Virus record (IMG/VR): IMGVR_UViG_2595698902_000001
Span: 128,001 to 192,000 of that record
From: a virus
Lineage: Duplodnaviria; Caudoviricetes
DNA length: 64,000 nt
Reading direction: 5' to 3' (one strand)
In this document: piece by piece, positions 1-9,298 of the stretch
How the letters are laid out: each line of letters opens with the position of its first letter
Position numbering within the stretch: the stretch's first letter is position 1
Made by a program: the position numbers and the translations under genes
Notes under the pieces: model-generated
Databases searched by the model: none
What the model was told of the DNA's origin: nothing
The model's input: only the letters and a program-made list of their open reading frames with translations

Positions 1-2
1 CC

Positions 3-344
3 AAAGCGAAGAAACCAAAAACTGGTGACACTCCGCTGATCGAAATCATTCGCGGCCTGATGGCGGGCAATACCGAAACCATCGGCCTGCTGCAAAAGAC
101 TCAAGCAACCGAAGAAAATGCTGCGCAGATTCGCCGTCTGCAAAACCAGAATGTTCTGCTGGGCAAATACCTGCCAACCATGCTGACCGATGCGGAAATC
201 GAAGAGATTCTGCTGTCGCAGCTGGAAGCCGGTCCGGTTTCTATCGGTGATTTCCAGAAGTTCATGCGCGAACATTACCTCAACAAATTCAAGCCGGGCA
301 CCGTCGCGCAGATTTACACTGCCAACGCCCAAAAGGCTGAGTGA
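3..344 (+). CDS. GatB/YqeY-like protein (5'-truncated by the window)
   Basis: Frame is open from position 3. The segment 'LLGKYLPTMLTDAEIEEIL...SIGDFQKFMREHY' resembles the YqeY C-terminal YLP-x2-L-(S/T)-x2-EI motif. Confidence 0.6.
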   Translation, partial: KAKKPKTGDTPLIEIIRGLMAGNTETIGLLQKTQATEENAAQIRRLQNQNVLLGKYLPTMLTDAEIEEILLSQLEAGPVSIGDFQKFMREHYLNKFKPGTVAQIYTANAQKAE

Positions 345-556
345 GCGTAACGCGCCCGCGCACCACACCTTGCATAGGTCGTTGCTCTCACAATGTTGGG
401 GACGAAATATGCAAGGGGTGCAAAAGAACAATTGCAGAAGTTCGGGATTGGAATACATATTCTCCCGACGAAAAAATGCAAAAGATGGAAGAGTTGAAGT
501 TGCGGTCTAGCTCGCTGATCGCGACAGACAAACCGATTATTTCGTGGGACGATTGA
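341..556 (+). CDS. DUF1289-family small Cys protein
   Basis: PCIGRCS...ICKGCKRTIAEVRDW matches the DUF1289 pattern; GTGA overlap with the upstream stop. Confidence 0.75.
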   Translation: MSVTRPRTTPCIGRCSHNVGDEICKGCKRTIAEVRDWNTYSPDEKMQKMEELKLRSSSLIATDKPIISWDD

Positions 557-557
557 C

Positions 558-722
558 ATGCGAAGCAGACAGCGCGGCTTCATCGATTTCTCTGGCATCG
601 GCACCTTCCTGATCGGCGTCGGCCTCGCAGCCGGGGTTGTGATCGGTGGGATTATTTTCGTGGGCATTCCGTGGGCGTGGCAGTACGTCAAGCCGTGGAT
701 TCACCAGATTACTGCGGGGTAA
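558..722 (+). CDS. small single-pass membrane protein (54 aa, not in ORF track)
   Basis: Read by hand: MRSRQRGFIDFSGIGTFLIGVGLAAGVVIGGIIFVGIPWAWQYVKPWIHQITAG*. It fills the gap between neighbouring genes and has one long hydrophobic segment. Confidence 0.65.
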   Translation: MRSRQRGFIDFSGIGTFLIGVGLAAGVVIGGIIFVGIPWAWQYVKPWIHQITAG

Positions 723-725
723 GAA

Positions 726-1262
726 ATGAAATACCAAAGTGAACAAATTGAAATCGACGCAATGCTCAAACTGTTCCCCGAGGACATTGCAATTCAAATC
801 GTGGTGAACGACGACGTTCCGCGTGTGAATGGCCGTCCGATTTCTGAGCAAGAATTCTTTGAAACCGCTTCTACGGAAAAGCTGGCAATTGCCGCTGCCG
901 TGCGCGGCGTCAAAAAGCTGATCCGTAACAAGGCCCGCGTGAAAACTCTGTTCCTGCGCCCGATGCTTGTGACCGAGCGCGCCGACAAACAATTCACCTG
1001 TTTCATTTCTGCCGCTGTTGTGCTCAAACTTCCACAAGTTGATTTCAGTAAAGCGCTGCTCGCTCTGAAAAATGGTGAGACTGTTCGCCGCGCTGGCTGG
1101 AACGGAGCTAACCAACACGTTTACATGGATGTTTTCGACCGCGACGGCGAATATCTGGAACCGTGTTTCGTGCTGCATAATGCCCAAGGCAAACGCCAGC
1201 CGGGTTGGGTGCCTTCGATGGGCGATATGCTGGCGCTTGATTGGGAAATTCTTCCCGCGTAA
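726..1262 (+). CDS. DUF2829/Tad2-like anti-defence sponge domain with ~100 aa N-terminal extension
   Basis: C-terminal 'DFSKALLALKNGETVRRAGWNG...WVPSMGDMLALDWEI' is the DUF2829 (Tad2) signature. Confidence 0.75.
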   Translation: MKYQSEQIEIDAMLKLFPEDIAIQIVVNDDVPRVNGRPISEQEFFETASTEKLAIAAAVRGVKKLIRNKARVKTLFLRPMLVTERADKQFTCFISAAVVLKLPQVDFSKALLALKNGETVRRAGWNGANQHVYMDVFDRDGEYLEPCFVLHNAQGKRQPGWVPSMGDMLALDWEILPA

Positions 1263-1286
1263 ATGCGTAAACTGACAGGAGATTCT

Positions 1287-2297
1287 ATGTCTGCTGATAA
1301 GAACATGACGGGCGAACAAATTCAGCAGATTATGGACATGCTTCTGTACAAAGCGCTTGAGCCGCTGGTTTTGTACACGTCTGTTTTCGATGCGCAAGTG
1401 GAATATTTGCTCTGGCTGATTTCCACCAACCGCAAACGCAAACTTAGTTCACTTGAGCGCTCCACTGCCGTGAGTCGGCTGGCCGCTTACTTGAGTGTGC
1501 GGGACCGGCGCCAGCGTTTTGAGTTCGTGCGCACTGCCCGAGTCGAACGCTTTTTCATTCACAAATTTCTGACCACTTTCGTCGAGGCCAACGCGCACTA
1601 CGTCAAGCAGTACAAAGACTTTTTGCGTGAGCCTTCCGAAGAAAAGAAAATTGCCCTTGATCGTTACGCGTCACAGGTTGGACGATGCGAGCGCGGCAAT
1701 TTGTATGTCGCTTTGAAAATTTGCATGGCGTATCTGCAACGGTTTTATTCCTACCGAAACAGCATCGTCGGCCACTACGTCAAGATCGCGAACAAGTGGG
1801 CAAAAGCCCACATCACGCAGACCGGGCGTTCCAGCTACAAAGATTTGGTGCAGTCAATTATCAAGGCGGTAATCACCGCACTCGATAAATACGATAGTCG
1901 CAAAGGCGCGTTGACAACATACATTACTTTCTGGACAAAAAACGCAATGCGTTCGTCTAAGGAACATGAGTACGGCGTGGCTTACACCGTGCCTCAGTCC
2001 CAACGAAAGAAAATGTTTGAAGGCACCAGCAGCTCAATTAACTTCGGTGTCAGTTTAGATTCGCTTTACGCCGATGGCGAAGACGACGAAAACATGGCGC
2101 TACACGCTATCCTTTCGCACGACCGAACAATGGACGACGACATTGAGCGCGACGAATCCTGTTTGCTTGTGCAGCGGATGGCGAAAAAGGTTGACCCGCT
2201 TGGGGTGGCAAGACTGGCGCTGGATATTGGGGAATACTTCACGCCGCAAGAATGCGCAATCATGCAGGCACAGATGGTCGAGGAAGGGTTAGCATGA
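1287..2297 (+). CDS. phage sigma-70-like transcription factor
   Basis: Region-2-like 'YKDLVQSIIKAVITALDKYDSRKGALTTYITFWTKNAM' and a downstream 'VSLD'; SD (AGGAG) precedes ATG 1287. Confidence 0.75.
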   Translation: MSADKNMTGEQIQQIMDMLLYKALEPLVLYTSVFDAQVEYLLWLISTNRKRKLSSLERSTAVSRLAAYLSVRDRRQRFEFVRTARVERFFIHKFLTTFVEANAHYVKQYKDFLREPSEEKKIALDRYASQVGRCERGNLYVALKICMAYLQRFYSYRNSIVGHYVKIANKWAKAHITQTGRSSYKDLVQSIIKAVITALDKYDSRKGALTTYITFWTKNAMRSSKEHEYGVAYTVPQSQRKKMFEGTSSSINFGVSLDSLYADGEDDENMALHAILSHDRTMDDDIERDESCLLVQRMAKKVDPLGVARLALDIGEYFTPQECAIMQAQMVEEGLA

Positions 2298-2470
2298 CCG
2301 ACAAACAGGAACCGAAAGTAGTCGCAGTGGACTTCAAAAAACCCCGTGATGAAAACGGGAATGTTGTCGTTCACTCTTCACACTCAAAGCTTGCACAGCT
2401 GGACAAGCAACGCCTCTACGACGAAGCGCTCGCGCAGGTTCTTGAGCGGGCCAAGTCGCTAGACTGGTGA
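2294..2470 (+). CDS. hypothetical small protein
   Basis: ATGA overlap with the sigma gene stop; begins MTDKQEPKVVAVDFKK. Confidence 0.6.
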   Translation: MTDKQEPKVVAVDFKKPRDENGNVVVHSSHSKLAQLDKQRLYDEALAQVLERAKSLDW

Positions 2471-2480
2471 TGAATTCAAA

Positions 2481-2489
2481 ACTGTAAAT
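2481..2489 (+). promoter_or_regulatory. ACTGTAAAT putative phage promoter motif
   Basis: Intergenic, upstream of SSB. The same 9-mer occurs at 7574, 19951 and on the minus strand at 43936 and 47205. Confidence 0.5.
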
Positions 2490-2541
2490 GGTGAGTATGG
2501 GCAATGCCCTATTCGCTTGACATAAACAAAGAGGAATTTTC

Positions 2542-3825
2542 ATGGGTGCGGCCTTCAAGGGTTTTAGCTCGATTAAAACCAAAAGCAGAAACGATGCGCT
2601 GAAACTGGATGACGTGATCGATATCATCACGCTGCCGAAAAACAAGTATTTCACTTTCCGTATTCTGCCGATCATGCCGCTGCATGTTCGCCAAGTGTGG
2701 ATCAAGCTGTGGGCCGGTGGTAAGGGTAAAGAAAAACGCGTTGTAAGCATTCCGCGTTACGCTATCAACTTCGATCCGAACAATCCAGAAAAACCAAAGA
2801 AAGGCGTTAAGTGCCCGTACATGGAACTGGCTGCGAAATTTGAAGGCCAGAAAGAAGCCCCAGTTCGCGCTGGTGACTTCTGGCTGTTCAACGTGATTGA
2901 CCGCGAAAAGCAGGACGAAGGTGCTCCGCGTAAATCGCCGCCGCCGTCGAAGTCGGAAAAGAAAACCGGTTTCAAAGATATCAACACCGAAACGTGGACC
3001 CCGGTTCGCGTTATGCGTCTGACTTCCACTTCGATCAACCGCCTGCAAGAGCTGTCCGAAGAAAATAGAGTCAAGGACAAGAAAACCAAGAAAACCGCGC
3101 AGTTCGACGCCTCCGATGCGCGTTACGGGTTCGACGTAAAAATCAAATTCAAACCTGATGCACCGGGCACTGATAAATACGCGCTCGATCCAGCTGGTGG
3201 CCCGTCGAAACTGACCGACGAAGAGCAAAGCTATCTGACGTGGAATCTGACCGAGGAACTGCTGGACGCAACCGGTCGTATGACCGAGGAAGCAGCCCGA
3301 GAAGATATCAAACGTATGGAAGTTGTCGGCGGCGAAGCTGTTGACGATGACGAAGACGAAGACGACGAAGATGATCGTCCGCGTAAGGGCAAAAAATCGA
3401 AATCGACCGCGCTGGACGATGACGATGACGATGACGACGAAGACGACAAGCCGAAGAAATCGAAAAAGTCCAAGGACAAGAAATCGTCCAAAGACGGCAA
3501 GAAATCCTCGAAGAAATCGTCCAAGCTCGATGACGACGATGACGACGATGACGACAACGACGAAGAGCCGAAGACGAAGAAATCGTCCAAGTCGAAAGAC
3601 AAGGTGAAGAAATCGTCCAAGGACTCCGACAAGAAATCCTCGAAGTCCTCGAAGGAAAAGTCGTCCAAGAAATCCAAAAAAGACGAAGACGAAAAGCCGA
3701 AGAAATCCTCCAAGGACAAAGCCGGTAAATCCTCCAAGTCTAAGAAAGACGAAGGCGGCGCCAAGAAGAAAGCCAAGAAGACTCCGAGCAAAAAGAAAAA
3801 GTCTGATTGGGATGACGACGAGTAA
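2542..3825 (+). CDS. probable ssDNA-binding protein (T4 gp32-like) with long Asp/Lys/Ser low-complexity tail
   Basis: FRILP, KCPY, FNVIDR and GFDVKIK motifs resemble gp32-type SSBs; strong SD; lies directly upstream of recA; acidic C-terminus (SDWDDDE). Confidence 0.6.
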   Translation: MGAAFKGFSSIKTKSRNDALKLDDVIDIITLPKNKYFTFRILPIMPLHVRQVWIKLWAGGKGKEKRVVSIPRYAINFDPNNPEKPKKGVKCPYMELAAKFEGQKEAPVRAGDFWLFNVIDREKQDEGAPRKSPPPSKSEKKTGFKDINTETWTPVRVMRLTSTSINRLQELSEENRVKDKKTKKTAQFDASDARYGFDVKIKFKPDAPGTDKYALDPAGGPSKLTDEEQSYLTWNLTEELLDATGRMTEEAAREDIKRMEVVGGEAVDDDEDEDDEDDRPRKGKKSKSTALDDDDDDDDEDDKPKKSKKSKDKKSSKDGKKSSKKSSKLDDDDDDDDDNDEEPKTKKSSKSKDKVKKSSKDSDKKSSKSSKEKSSKKSKKDEDEKPKKSSKDKAGKSSKSKKDEGGAKKKAKKTPSKKKKSDWDDDE

Positions 3826-3840
3826 TTAGTCGTTAGTCAT

Positions 3841-3870
3841 GGGGGCCTCCCTGTAGGCCCCCTTTCTTTT
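3841..3870 (+). terminator. intrinsic terminator
   Basis: GGGGGCCT-ccctgt-AGGCCCCC followed by TTTCTTTT. Confidence 0.75.
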
Positions 3871-3890
3871 CTTCCACCTATGGGAATCGT

Positions 3891-5411
3891 ATGGCAAAGA
3901 CCGTAGCGAAAACCAAAAAAGTAGACCTTGAACTCCCGAAAACGTCGAAGGGCAAAGTACCTGCCGCCCCGGCGAAGAAAGCAGCCAAAGGCAAAGAAGT
4001 TGCAGTAAAAGCTACAAACGTTTTCGATCCGTATGCGAATCTTGAAGACGAACTGGATAATATGGAGAAAAAGGTCGGCCTGACCTCTATCTCCGTAAAC
4101 GAAAAAGAAGACCGACTCGACGCCGGTAACTTGTGCTTGAACCTGCAAATGGCTGGCGGTTTGCTGGCTGGCGGTTGGTACACTTTCTATGGTGCTGAGC
4201 AGTCGTGTAAAACCACGCTTGCAACAACCGTGATGGGTTCCATTGTTCGGAACTTGGCGTTTCAGGGTAAAGCGTTTTTCTTCGACTACGAAGGTTCGTT
4301 CTCCGCTGAATACGCCAACCAAATGTGGGCATACAACGGCGGCGGCAAAGCCTCGCAAGCAGACGAAGTTTTCGGCCAGCGTGGTCGTGACGGCGAATGG
4401 ATTATCAAACCACGAATTCGTAGCTACTCGCCTGCGGTAGGTGAGACTTTCTACAACTCGATGGCGAAGGTTCTCAAATCGCTGCCGTCTGTTCTGAAAA
4501 TCGAAGGCGAATACTTCTACATTTACGACAACACCAAAGCCAACCAGAAAATGGTCAAGGGGTTGTACGATACGAAGTATTTCAAGAAATTCAACAAGTT
4601 CAAAGTTCCGGCGCCGCACGGTTTGCCGCAAGCTGTGTTCCTTGTTGACTCCTACCCGGCCATGCTGTCGAAGCGTATGGACGAAGACGAGGAAGGCAAA
4701 GACGGTCTGGCATCGCAAGCGCGTATGCACGCCGATGGTATCAAACGCGTTAAAGGTTACATGAAAGAAAAACGCGTTATGGTTCTCGGTATTAACCAGC
4801 TGCGTTCCGTGCCGATGGTAATGTACGGACCGACCGAGCAAGAGCCTTGCGGTCAAGCGCTCAAGTATTTCTCCGACGCGCGTTTCCGTATGTCGCCAAT
4901 TGCAATTCCGCACGGCGGCGGCACAAACGGTCTGGAGCAGGAACCGTCGATCACTGGCGAAGGCGTAGACACCTATCGCTATATCAAGTGCCACGCATTC
5001 AAAAACAAACTGGGTGGCCCGCAAAAGTCGAATATGATTTTGCGTCTGTACGTTTCCAACGCGAACGGCGAAGCGCTGGGCTTTGACCGCGTGTGGGACT
5101 GCTACACCTACCTGAAAGAAACCGGCCAAGTCGGCGGCAATCGCTCGAAAATCAAATTCCTCGAAGGTACTCCATTTGCAGGAAACACCCTGACATGGAT
5201 GGACTTCAAGAAAATGATCGACGGCGACAAAGAGCTGATCAAAGCCGCCTGCGAAAAAATGGGTATCAAGCCTATTCGTATTTACGAATGGTGCCGTAAG
5301 CAAATCCAATCCGGCGACGGCTACGATTTGTATCTTGATCAAATCAAGAATACCCACACCAAGAAAGCAGCCAAAGCCGCTGAGAAGGGCGACGGAGACG
5401 ACGAAGAGTGA
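3891..5411 (+). CDS. recA: RecA/UvsX-like recombinase
   Basis: Walker A GAEQSCKTT, FFDYEGS, LVDSYPAM, LASQARM, GINQLR, GQALKYFSDAR and KNK motifs. Confidence 0.9.
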   Translation: MAKTVAKTKKVDLELPKTSKGKVPAAPAKKAAKGKEVAVKATNVFDPYANLEDELDNMEKKVGLTSISVNEKEDRLDAGNLCLNLQMAGGLLAGGWYTFYGAEQSCKTTLATTVMGSIVRNLAFQGKAFFFDYEGSFSAEYANQMWAYNGGGKASQADEVFGQRGRDGEWIIKPRIRSYSPAVGETFYNSMAKVLKSLPSVLKIEGEYFYIYDNTKANQKMVKGLYDTKYFKKFNKFKVPAPHGLPQAVFLVDSYPAMLSKRMDEDEEGKDGLASQARMHADGIKRVKGYMKEKRVMVLGINQLRSVPMVMYGPTEQEPCGQALKYFSDARFRMSPIAIPHGGGTNGLEQEPSITGEGVDTYRYIKCHAFKNKLGGPQKSNMILRLYVSNANGEALGFDRVWDCYTYLKETGQVGGNRSKIKFLEGTPFAGNTLTWMDFKKMIDGDKELIKAACEKMGIKPIRIYEWCRKQIQSGDGYDLYLDQIKNTHTKKAAKAAEKGDGDDEE

Positions 5412-5611
5412 CAGCAGAAAATTTGCGTACAGAAGTAACGGAAACGGTCGATGTTGCTACTGTGGAAATCGAAGCTTCGTTGCGTATGCTGCGCGGTGCC
5501 CAAGTTAAAGCAAATGCGGCTGGTACTGGTGGTGGCCGGGAAATCGCACTGGCGATTACCAACATCGAAACGGGTTTGCTGTGGCTGCGCGAAGGTGCGC
5601 AGAAAATCTGA
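5408..5611 (+). CDS. Acb2/Tad1-like helical-hairpin protein (candidate cyclic-nucleotide sponge)
   Basis: C-terminal 'GREIALAITNIETGLLWL' resembles the R-x2-(S/A)LA-x-T-x-(L/I)E-x4-W motif of Acb2/Tad1 proteins; 67 aa. Confidence 0.55.
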   Translation: MTAENLRTEVTETVDVATVEIEASLRMLRGAQVKANAAGTGGGREIALAITNIETGLLWLREGAQKI

Positions 5612-5624
5612 TGTAAACGAGATT

Positions 5625-5646
5625 GGGGCCTAGTGCCCCTTTCTTC
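5625..5646 (+). terminator. intrinsic terminator
   Basis: GGGGC-ctagt-GCCCC followed by TTTCTT. Confidence 0.6.
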
Positions 5647-5669
5647 ATATGGGACGCAAGGATCACGAA

Positions 5670-6230
5670 ATGACAGAATCCATTTTGATTATTGAGAAGA
5701 CCGTAGAAGGTGACAACCTGCGGGTTTTCCGTGTGGCAATTCCCGAGCACCGCAAGCGCTCACAAATAATTTCCTACGGTGCGTTTCGCACACGGGAATT
5801 GAAGCGCGCCTTCCCAACGTTGCGCAAAGGCTACGCGGGCAAGATGAAAACGAATGCGCCTGCGGCAGTCTGGTACAACGTGCAATGGGATTGGGAAAGG
5901 GAATACGATCTTTTCCAAGGCGCATGGGAACGCACCTGCCTGATAGGTAAGCGCGAAGTTCCAGAACGCGCCACGAATAAAAACCAAATCAGACTCCACG
6001 ATCATTTGTTCGACATTATCGACGTGCCTGATTTGTTCCAGTTCTATGCGTTGATTGGTCACGCGTATCGAACGCAGAAATACACACACGAAAGCTTGGC
6101 ATTCCGAGCGCAAACCGATCCAATGGTGAGAACCGAGGTTATACGCGCTGGTCGGAAAACACGACCCCAGCTAGGCACTAGGCTTGACACGCCAGCCCCG
6201 TCTGTGGTAGGCGCGGGCCAGCCGCTCTAG
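5670..6230 (+). CDS. hypothetical protein
   Basis: ORF with AAGGA SD before ATG 5670; no recognised motif. Confidence 0.6.
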   Translation: MTESILIIEKTVEGDNLRVFRVAIPEHRKRSQIISYGAFRTRELKRAFPTLRKGYAGKMKTNAPAAVWYNVQWDWEREYDLFQGAWERTCLIGKREVPERATNKNQIRLHDHLFDIIDVPDLFQFYALIGHAYRTQKYTHESLAFRAQTDPMVRTEVIRAGRKTRPQLGTRLDTPAPSVVGAGQPL

Positions 6231-6543
6231 CCCGTGGGCCGGGGCCTCTAGGGCATAACTTCCGCTATGCCGTGACGTTGTGCTAAGTCATTGATTCCTG
6301 TACCATTGTGGGGTTGGGGAGAGTGTGCCCGGACGGTACACACTCACGGATTAAGGTAAGTTTCCGAACCAACGTAAATCAATAACAGGCTAACCATAGA
6401 GTAGTAGTAATGGACCGTATGGATATGATGTATCGGGTGCGAAGTGAGCACACCAATGGAAGCGAAAAAACAAATGGCCTCGCCTGTGTGGCAGTAAGGA
6501 TTCCCCCGTGTTGCGAATGAACGCAATGCAAATGTACGAATGG

Positions 6544-6576
6544 TAATTTTATATTACCGGGCCGATCTATTGGCCC
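6544..6576 (+). promoter_or_regulatory. TAATTT putative late promoter followed by a hairpin
   Basis: TAATTT at 6544, then a GGGCC/GGCCC stem. The motif recurs at 19928, 22096, 37732, 47184, 54069 and 62007, all intergenic. Confidence 0.5.
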
Positions 6577-6604
6577 AATCTACGTTTAACGGGGGCATTT
6601 TTCT

Positions 6605-7819
6605 GTGAAAACCAGTCGTTTCGATGAAATCCTCAAGGCGTTGCACGCCTTTGAAGACGGTATGGCTCAAGCTAAACTCAAATCGCGTCCGGCTATTTCC
6701 GAACGCTTGTCGAAAATCTCTTTGCTGTCTACAGCATTGATGAACGAAGGTAGTCTCCCTCCGGGCACGAAATCAACGTTGCTCAAAATCCGAAACCTCT
6801 GCAAAGATACCGTAGATGCACTCGATAACGGGCGTATTTCCAGTCTTACGGATGTTCGGCTATTCTCCCGCGATACGCTCGGCCCTGCCCACACAATGCT
6901 GCGCAAACAATTGGACGGCAAAGAAACTGCCGCCGATAAAGCGCAAATGCGTGAGTACGTCACCGACGAAGACAAGGCACCAGAAATCACTCGGTTGCTT
7001 GAAGCCTTTGATCCCGGCTCGCGCAACTATGGCGGCGAAACGCTTTCCATTGAAGAAATCAATGCACGCGTTGCGCAGTTCCTCGATCTGCATTTCTCGG
7101 CGTCCCAGCTTCGCAGTATTCGCCCTTACGTCCAAGGGGAAGCTACCCCCGGCGGCGAACCGAAAAAAGACCCCAATTGCGAATGGAACCACGTCACCTT
7201 TAAGGACATTGCCGACGCCTCTGGCTCCGATCCGAAAAGCCGTGCCCGCTTGTCGTCCCTCAAGCGTGAATTGGTTCAAAAGCATGACGATGCAATGGCA
7301 ACTATCGCGCTTTCTTATCGCGACATGAACCGCCGTTTGCCGTCGAAAATGCGCGTTCCGTTTGAAGTGATTTACTTCCCCGTTGTCCCTCTGTTCGACG
7401 ATGCGATGGGCGCCAGCAATAAACGCCTGATCAATGCCGGTCTGGACGTTACCTACGTCGGCGATCATTTCCCGGTATTGGAAAACCAATTGCTGCTCTG
7501 CCTAGACCTCGATAAGCTGGGCATTAAAGAGGCGTTTAAGAAAGTCGGGAATCACGAAGAGGCCCGATTGAAAACTGTAAATAATAAAGAAGAGACAGCA
7601 TTTACCATTAGCCGTATCATTGAGGATATCAATGGCATTGCCGAACGCAACGGCCATCGATTTGCCCTCGCTTCTGATCGGATTGTGCGTAACCCAAAAA
7701 ACCCGCGAATCGCCCTCGCGTGGTTGCTTGACGAACGCATTCGTAAAAAGCTCGCCTCCGTGTTGAACAGCGTTCGCGTTGATTGGGATATCCCATACCA
7801 CGGTGAGAAAAAGGATTGA
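6605..7819 (+). CDS. hypothetical protein (404 aa)
   Basis: Long ORF with phage-like codon usage; first gene of an overlapping operon. Confidence 0.75.
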   Translation: MKTSRFDEILKALHAFEDGMAQAKLKSRPAISERLSKISLLSTALMNEGSLPPGTKSTLLKIRNLCKDTVDALDNGRISSLTDVRLFSRDTLGPAHTMLRKQLDGKETAADKAQMREYVTDEDKAPEITRLLEAFDPGSRNYGGETLSIEEINARVAQFLDLHFSASQLRSIRPYVQGEATPGGEPKKDPNCEWNHVTFKDIADASGSDPKSRARLSSLKRELVQKHDDAMATIALSYRDMNRRLPSKMRVPFEVIYFPVVPLFDDAMGASNKRLINAGLDVTYVGDHFPVLENQLLLCLDLDKLGIKEAFKKVGNHEEARLKTVNNKEETAFTISRIIEDINGIAERNGHRFALASDRIVRNPKNPRIALAWLLDERIRKKLASVLNSVRVDWDIPYHGEKKD

Positions 7820-8406
7820 GCACTGAGTTCTACAAAGAGGGCGATTGCACTATTTGCGAAAAGTGGTTTCCGCTTCTTCATTGGCACCATACAATCCCGC
7901 AGTCTCTCGGTGGCAAAAATAGTAAGCAAATCCCTCTTTGTGCTCAATGCCACAACATTCTCCATGCCCATGCGCTGGCGATTGTTGCGAAACGAAAAAG
8001 TGGTCGGCAAATCCGCAAGCAATACTGGACAAGCCCAACCATGGAAAACAACGCAGGCCAGTGGCTAAAAATACTGGTAGAGGCGATCATGAGCGACGAA
8101 TCTGTTTCAGGAAAACAGTACGTCATGCAGTTCACGGCGCCCCCTGCTTTGCATACCGCACTGCATCTGTTCAAATCGGACAGCAACGTGTCATCGCTAG
8201 AGAAGGCGATGATATTGGCAATTAGCGAAACTTTACGGAATAGGGGCTATCTGGACAATGGGCACGAACGACGTAGCGCACCCACGAATCAAAACGCTGA
8301 TGGGGAACGAGGCAGCGGACAAAGATGCGGTGCAGGAACGGCAACGTCTGAAACGACAAAAGGAGTATCAGGCAGAAAAAGGAAGCCTGAAACCAACTTG
8401 TGGTGA
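7816..8406 (+). CDS. HNH-like zinc-binding endonuclease
   Basis: CTIC...LHWHHTIPQSLGG...IPLCAQCHNILH pattern. Confidence 0.7.
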   Translation: MSTEFYKEGDCTICEKWFPLLHWHHTIPQSLGGKNSKQIPLCAQCHNILHAHALAIVAKRKSGRQIRKQYWTSPTMENNAGQWLKILVEAIMSDESVSGKQYVMQFTAPPALHTALHLFKSDSNVSSLEKAMILAISETLRNRGYLDNGHERRSAPTNQNADGERGSGQRCGAGTATSETTKGVSGRKRKPETNLW

Positions 8407-9298
8407 TTGCGCTGGGTTTGAAAGCGTCTCGCTTATTCCCGGTAAGGAAATGCCTTGCAACCGTCAAGGCATTGGAGCATTCAGCAAAACTTGTCGGCGT
8501 TATGTACCCGAGACTGGTTTCCTGCGAGAAACCAAACGGGATATCATTCTGAAACAGGTCGAGAATTCTGATGAAGAAATCGAAATCGACGAGAATGATA
8601 AAAGTCTGGATGAACCAGTGTTCCCGGCTACCGCCATTTCTGACTTGGGCGCCTTGATCGGCATCATGTCGGACCGGTCGCTGCGGGCATTCGGTCTGCT
8701 GCTGGTAAACGAAAAGAAAACCCGTGACCAAGGGTTCCGTTTCATGCAGAAGGTTTTCGTTCGCTATCGCGGCCAACGTAACCGCAATTATGTCTCCAAT
8801 TTCCTTGAGGCGTATGTCTACTACGCCACCCCGCGCATTTTCAAACTGATTAGCGCGGATGGTCGCTGCGTCCTGACCTACGATGTTGGTTGCCGCCCGG
8901 TGATTTACACCGAGTCGGAATTCCAGCCGATTTACGAAGGTATGCTTGAGCGCGGCGCCCTGCTTGATCCTGATACAGTGTCGCTGATTTCCAACCGCTG
9001 GCGCTGCGTAGAGGAACACGAACTCGGTCTGTCGGGCATGATCGACAAGATCGCAGTCAGCACAATTGACGATGTATTCTCTGCGAACAACATTCGCAAA
9101 GACAGCAAGAAAAAAGAACTGCCCAACCTCGTTACGCTCGTATCTGCATTGGCCGAAGGCTATCAAAATGTGGATAAAGAATCCAAGATTTACGACAAGG
9201 AAGTTAAGCGCAATCGTGGCGAGTCTGAAAAGGCTCCGCGTCGCAGCTCCGGTGTCCGGGTTCTTACTGTTCGTGGTGATGAAGGGGAAGATGAATAA
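8258..9298 (+). CDS. hypothetical protein with N-terminal Cys cluster
   Basis: CGDC...C...C pattern; TAATG coupling to the next gene; start uncertain because it overlaps the HNH gene by ~150 nt. Confidence 0.7.
   Translation: MGTNDVAHPRIKTLMGNEAADKDAVQERQRLKRQKEYQAEKGSLKPTCGDCAGFESVSLIPGKEMPCNRQGIGAFSKTCRRYVPETGFLRETKRDIILKQVENSDEEIEIDENDKSLDEPVFPATAISDLGALIGIMSDRSLRAFGLLLVNEKKTRDQGFRFMQKVFVRYRGQRNRNYVSNFLEAYVYYATPRIFKLISADGRCVLTYDVGCRPVIYTESEFQPIYEGMLERGALLDPDTVSLISNRWRCVEEHELGLSGMIDKIAVSTIDDVFSANNIRKDSKKKELPNLVTLVSALAEGYQNVDKESKIYDKEVKRNRGESEKAPRRSSGVRVLTVRGDEGEDE

Noticed and set aside
3340-3825. Tandem GACGAT / AAGAAATCGTCC-like repeats as a CRISPR or satellite array
   Set aside because: They are irregular, in-frame codon repeats encoding the Asp and KKSS blocks of the SSB tail, with no repeat-spacer structure.
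3837-5357. Long antisense ORFs (e.g. 3837-5357, 18650-19831, 26601-28301, 47846-49087, 50019-51311)
   Set aside because: They mirror well-supported sense genes and have no motifs of their own, as expected from codon bias that depletes antisense stops.
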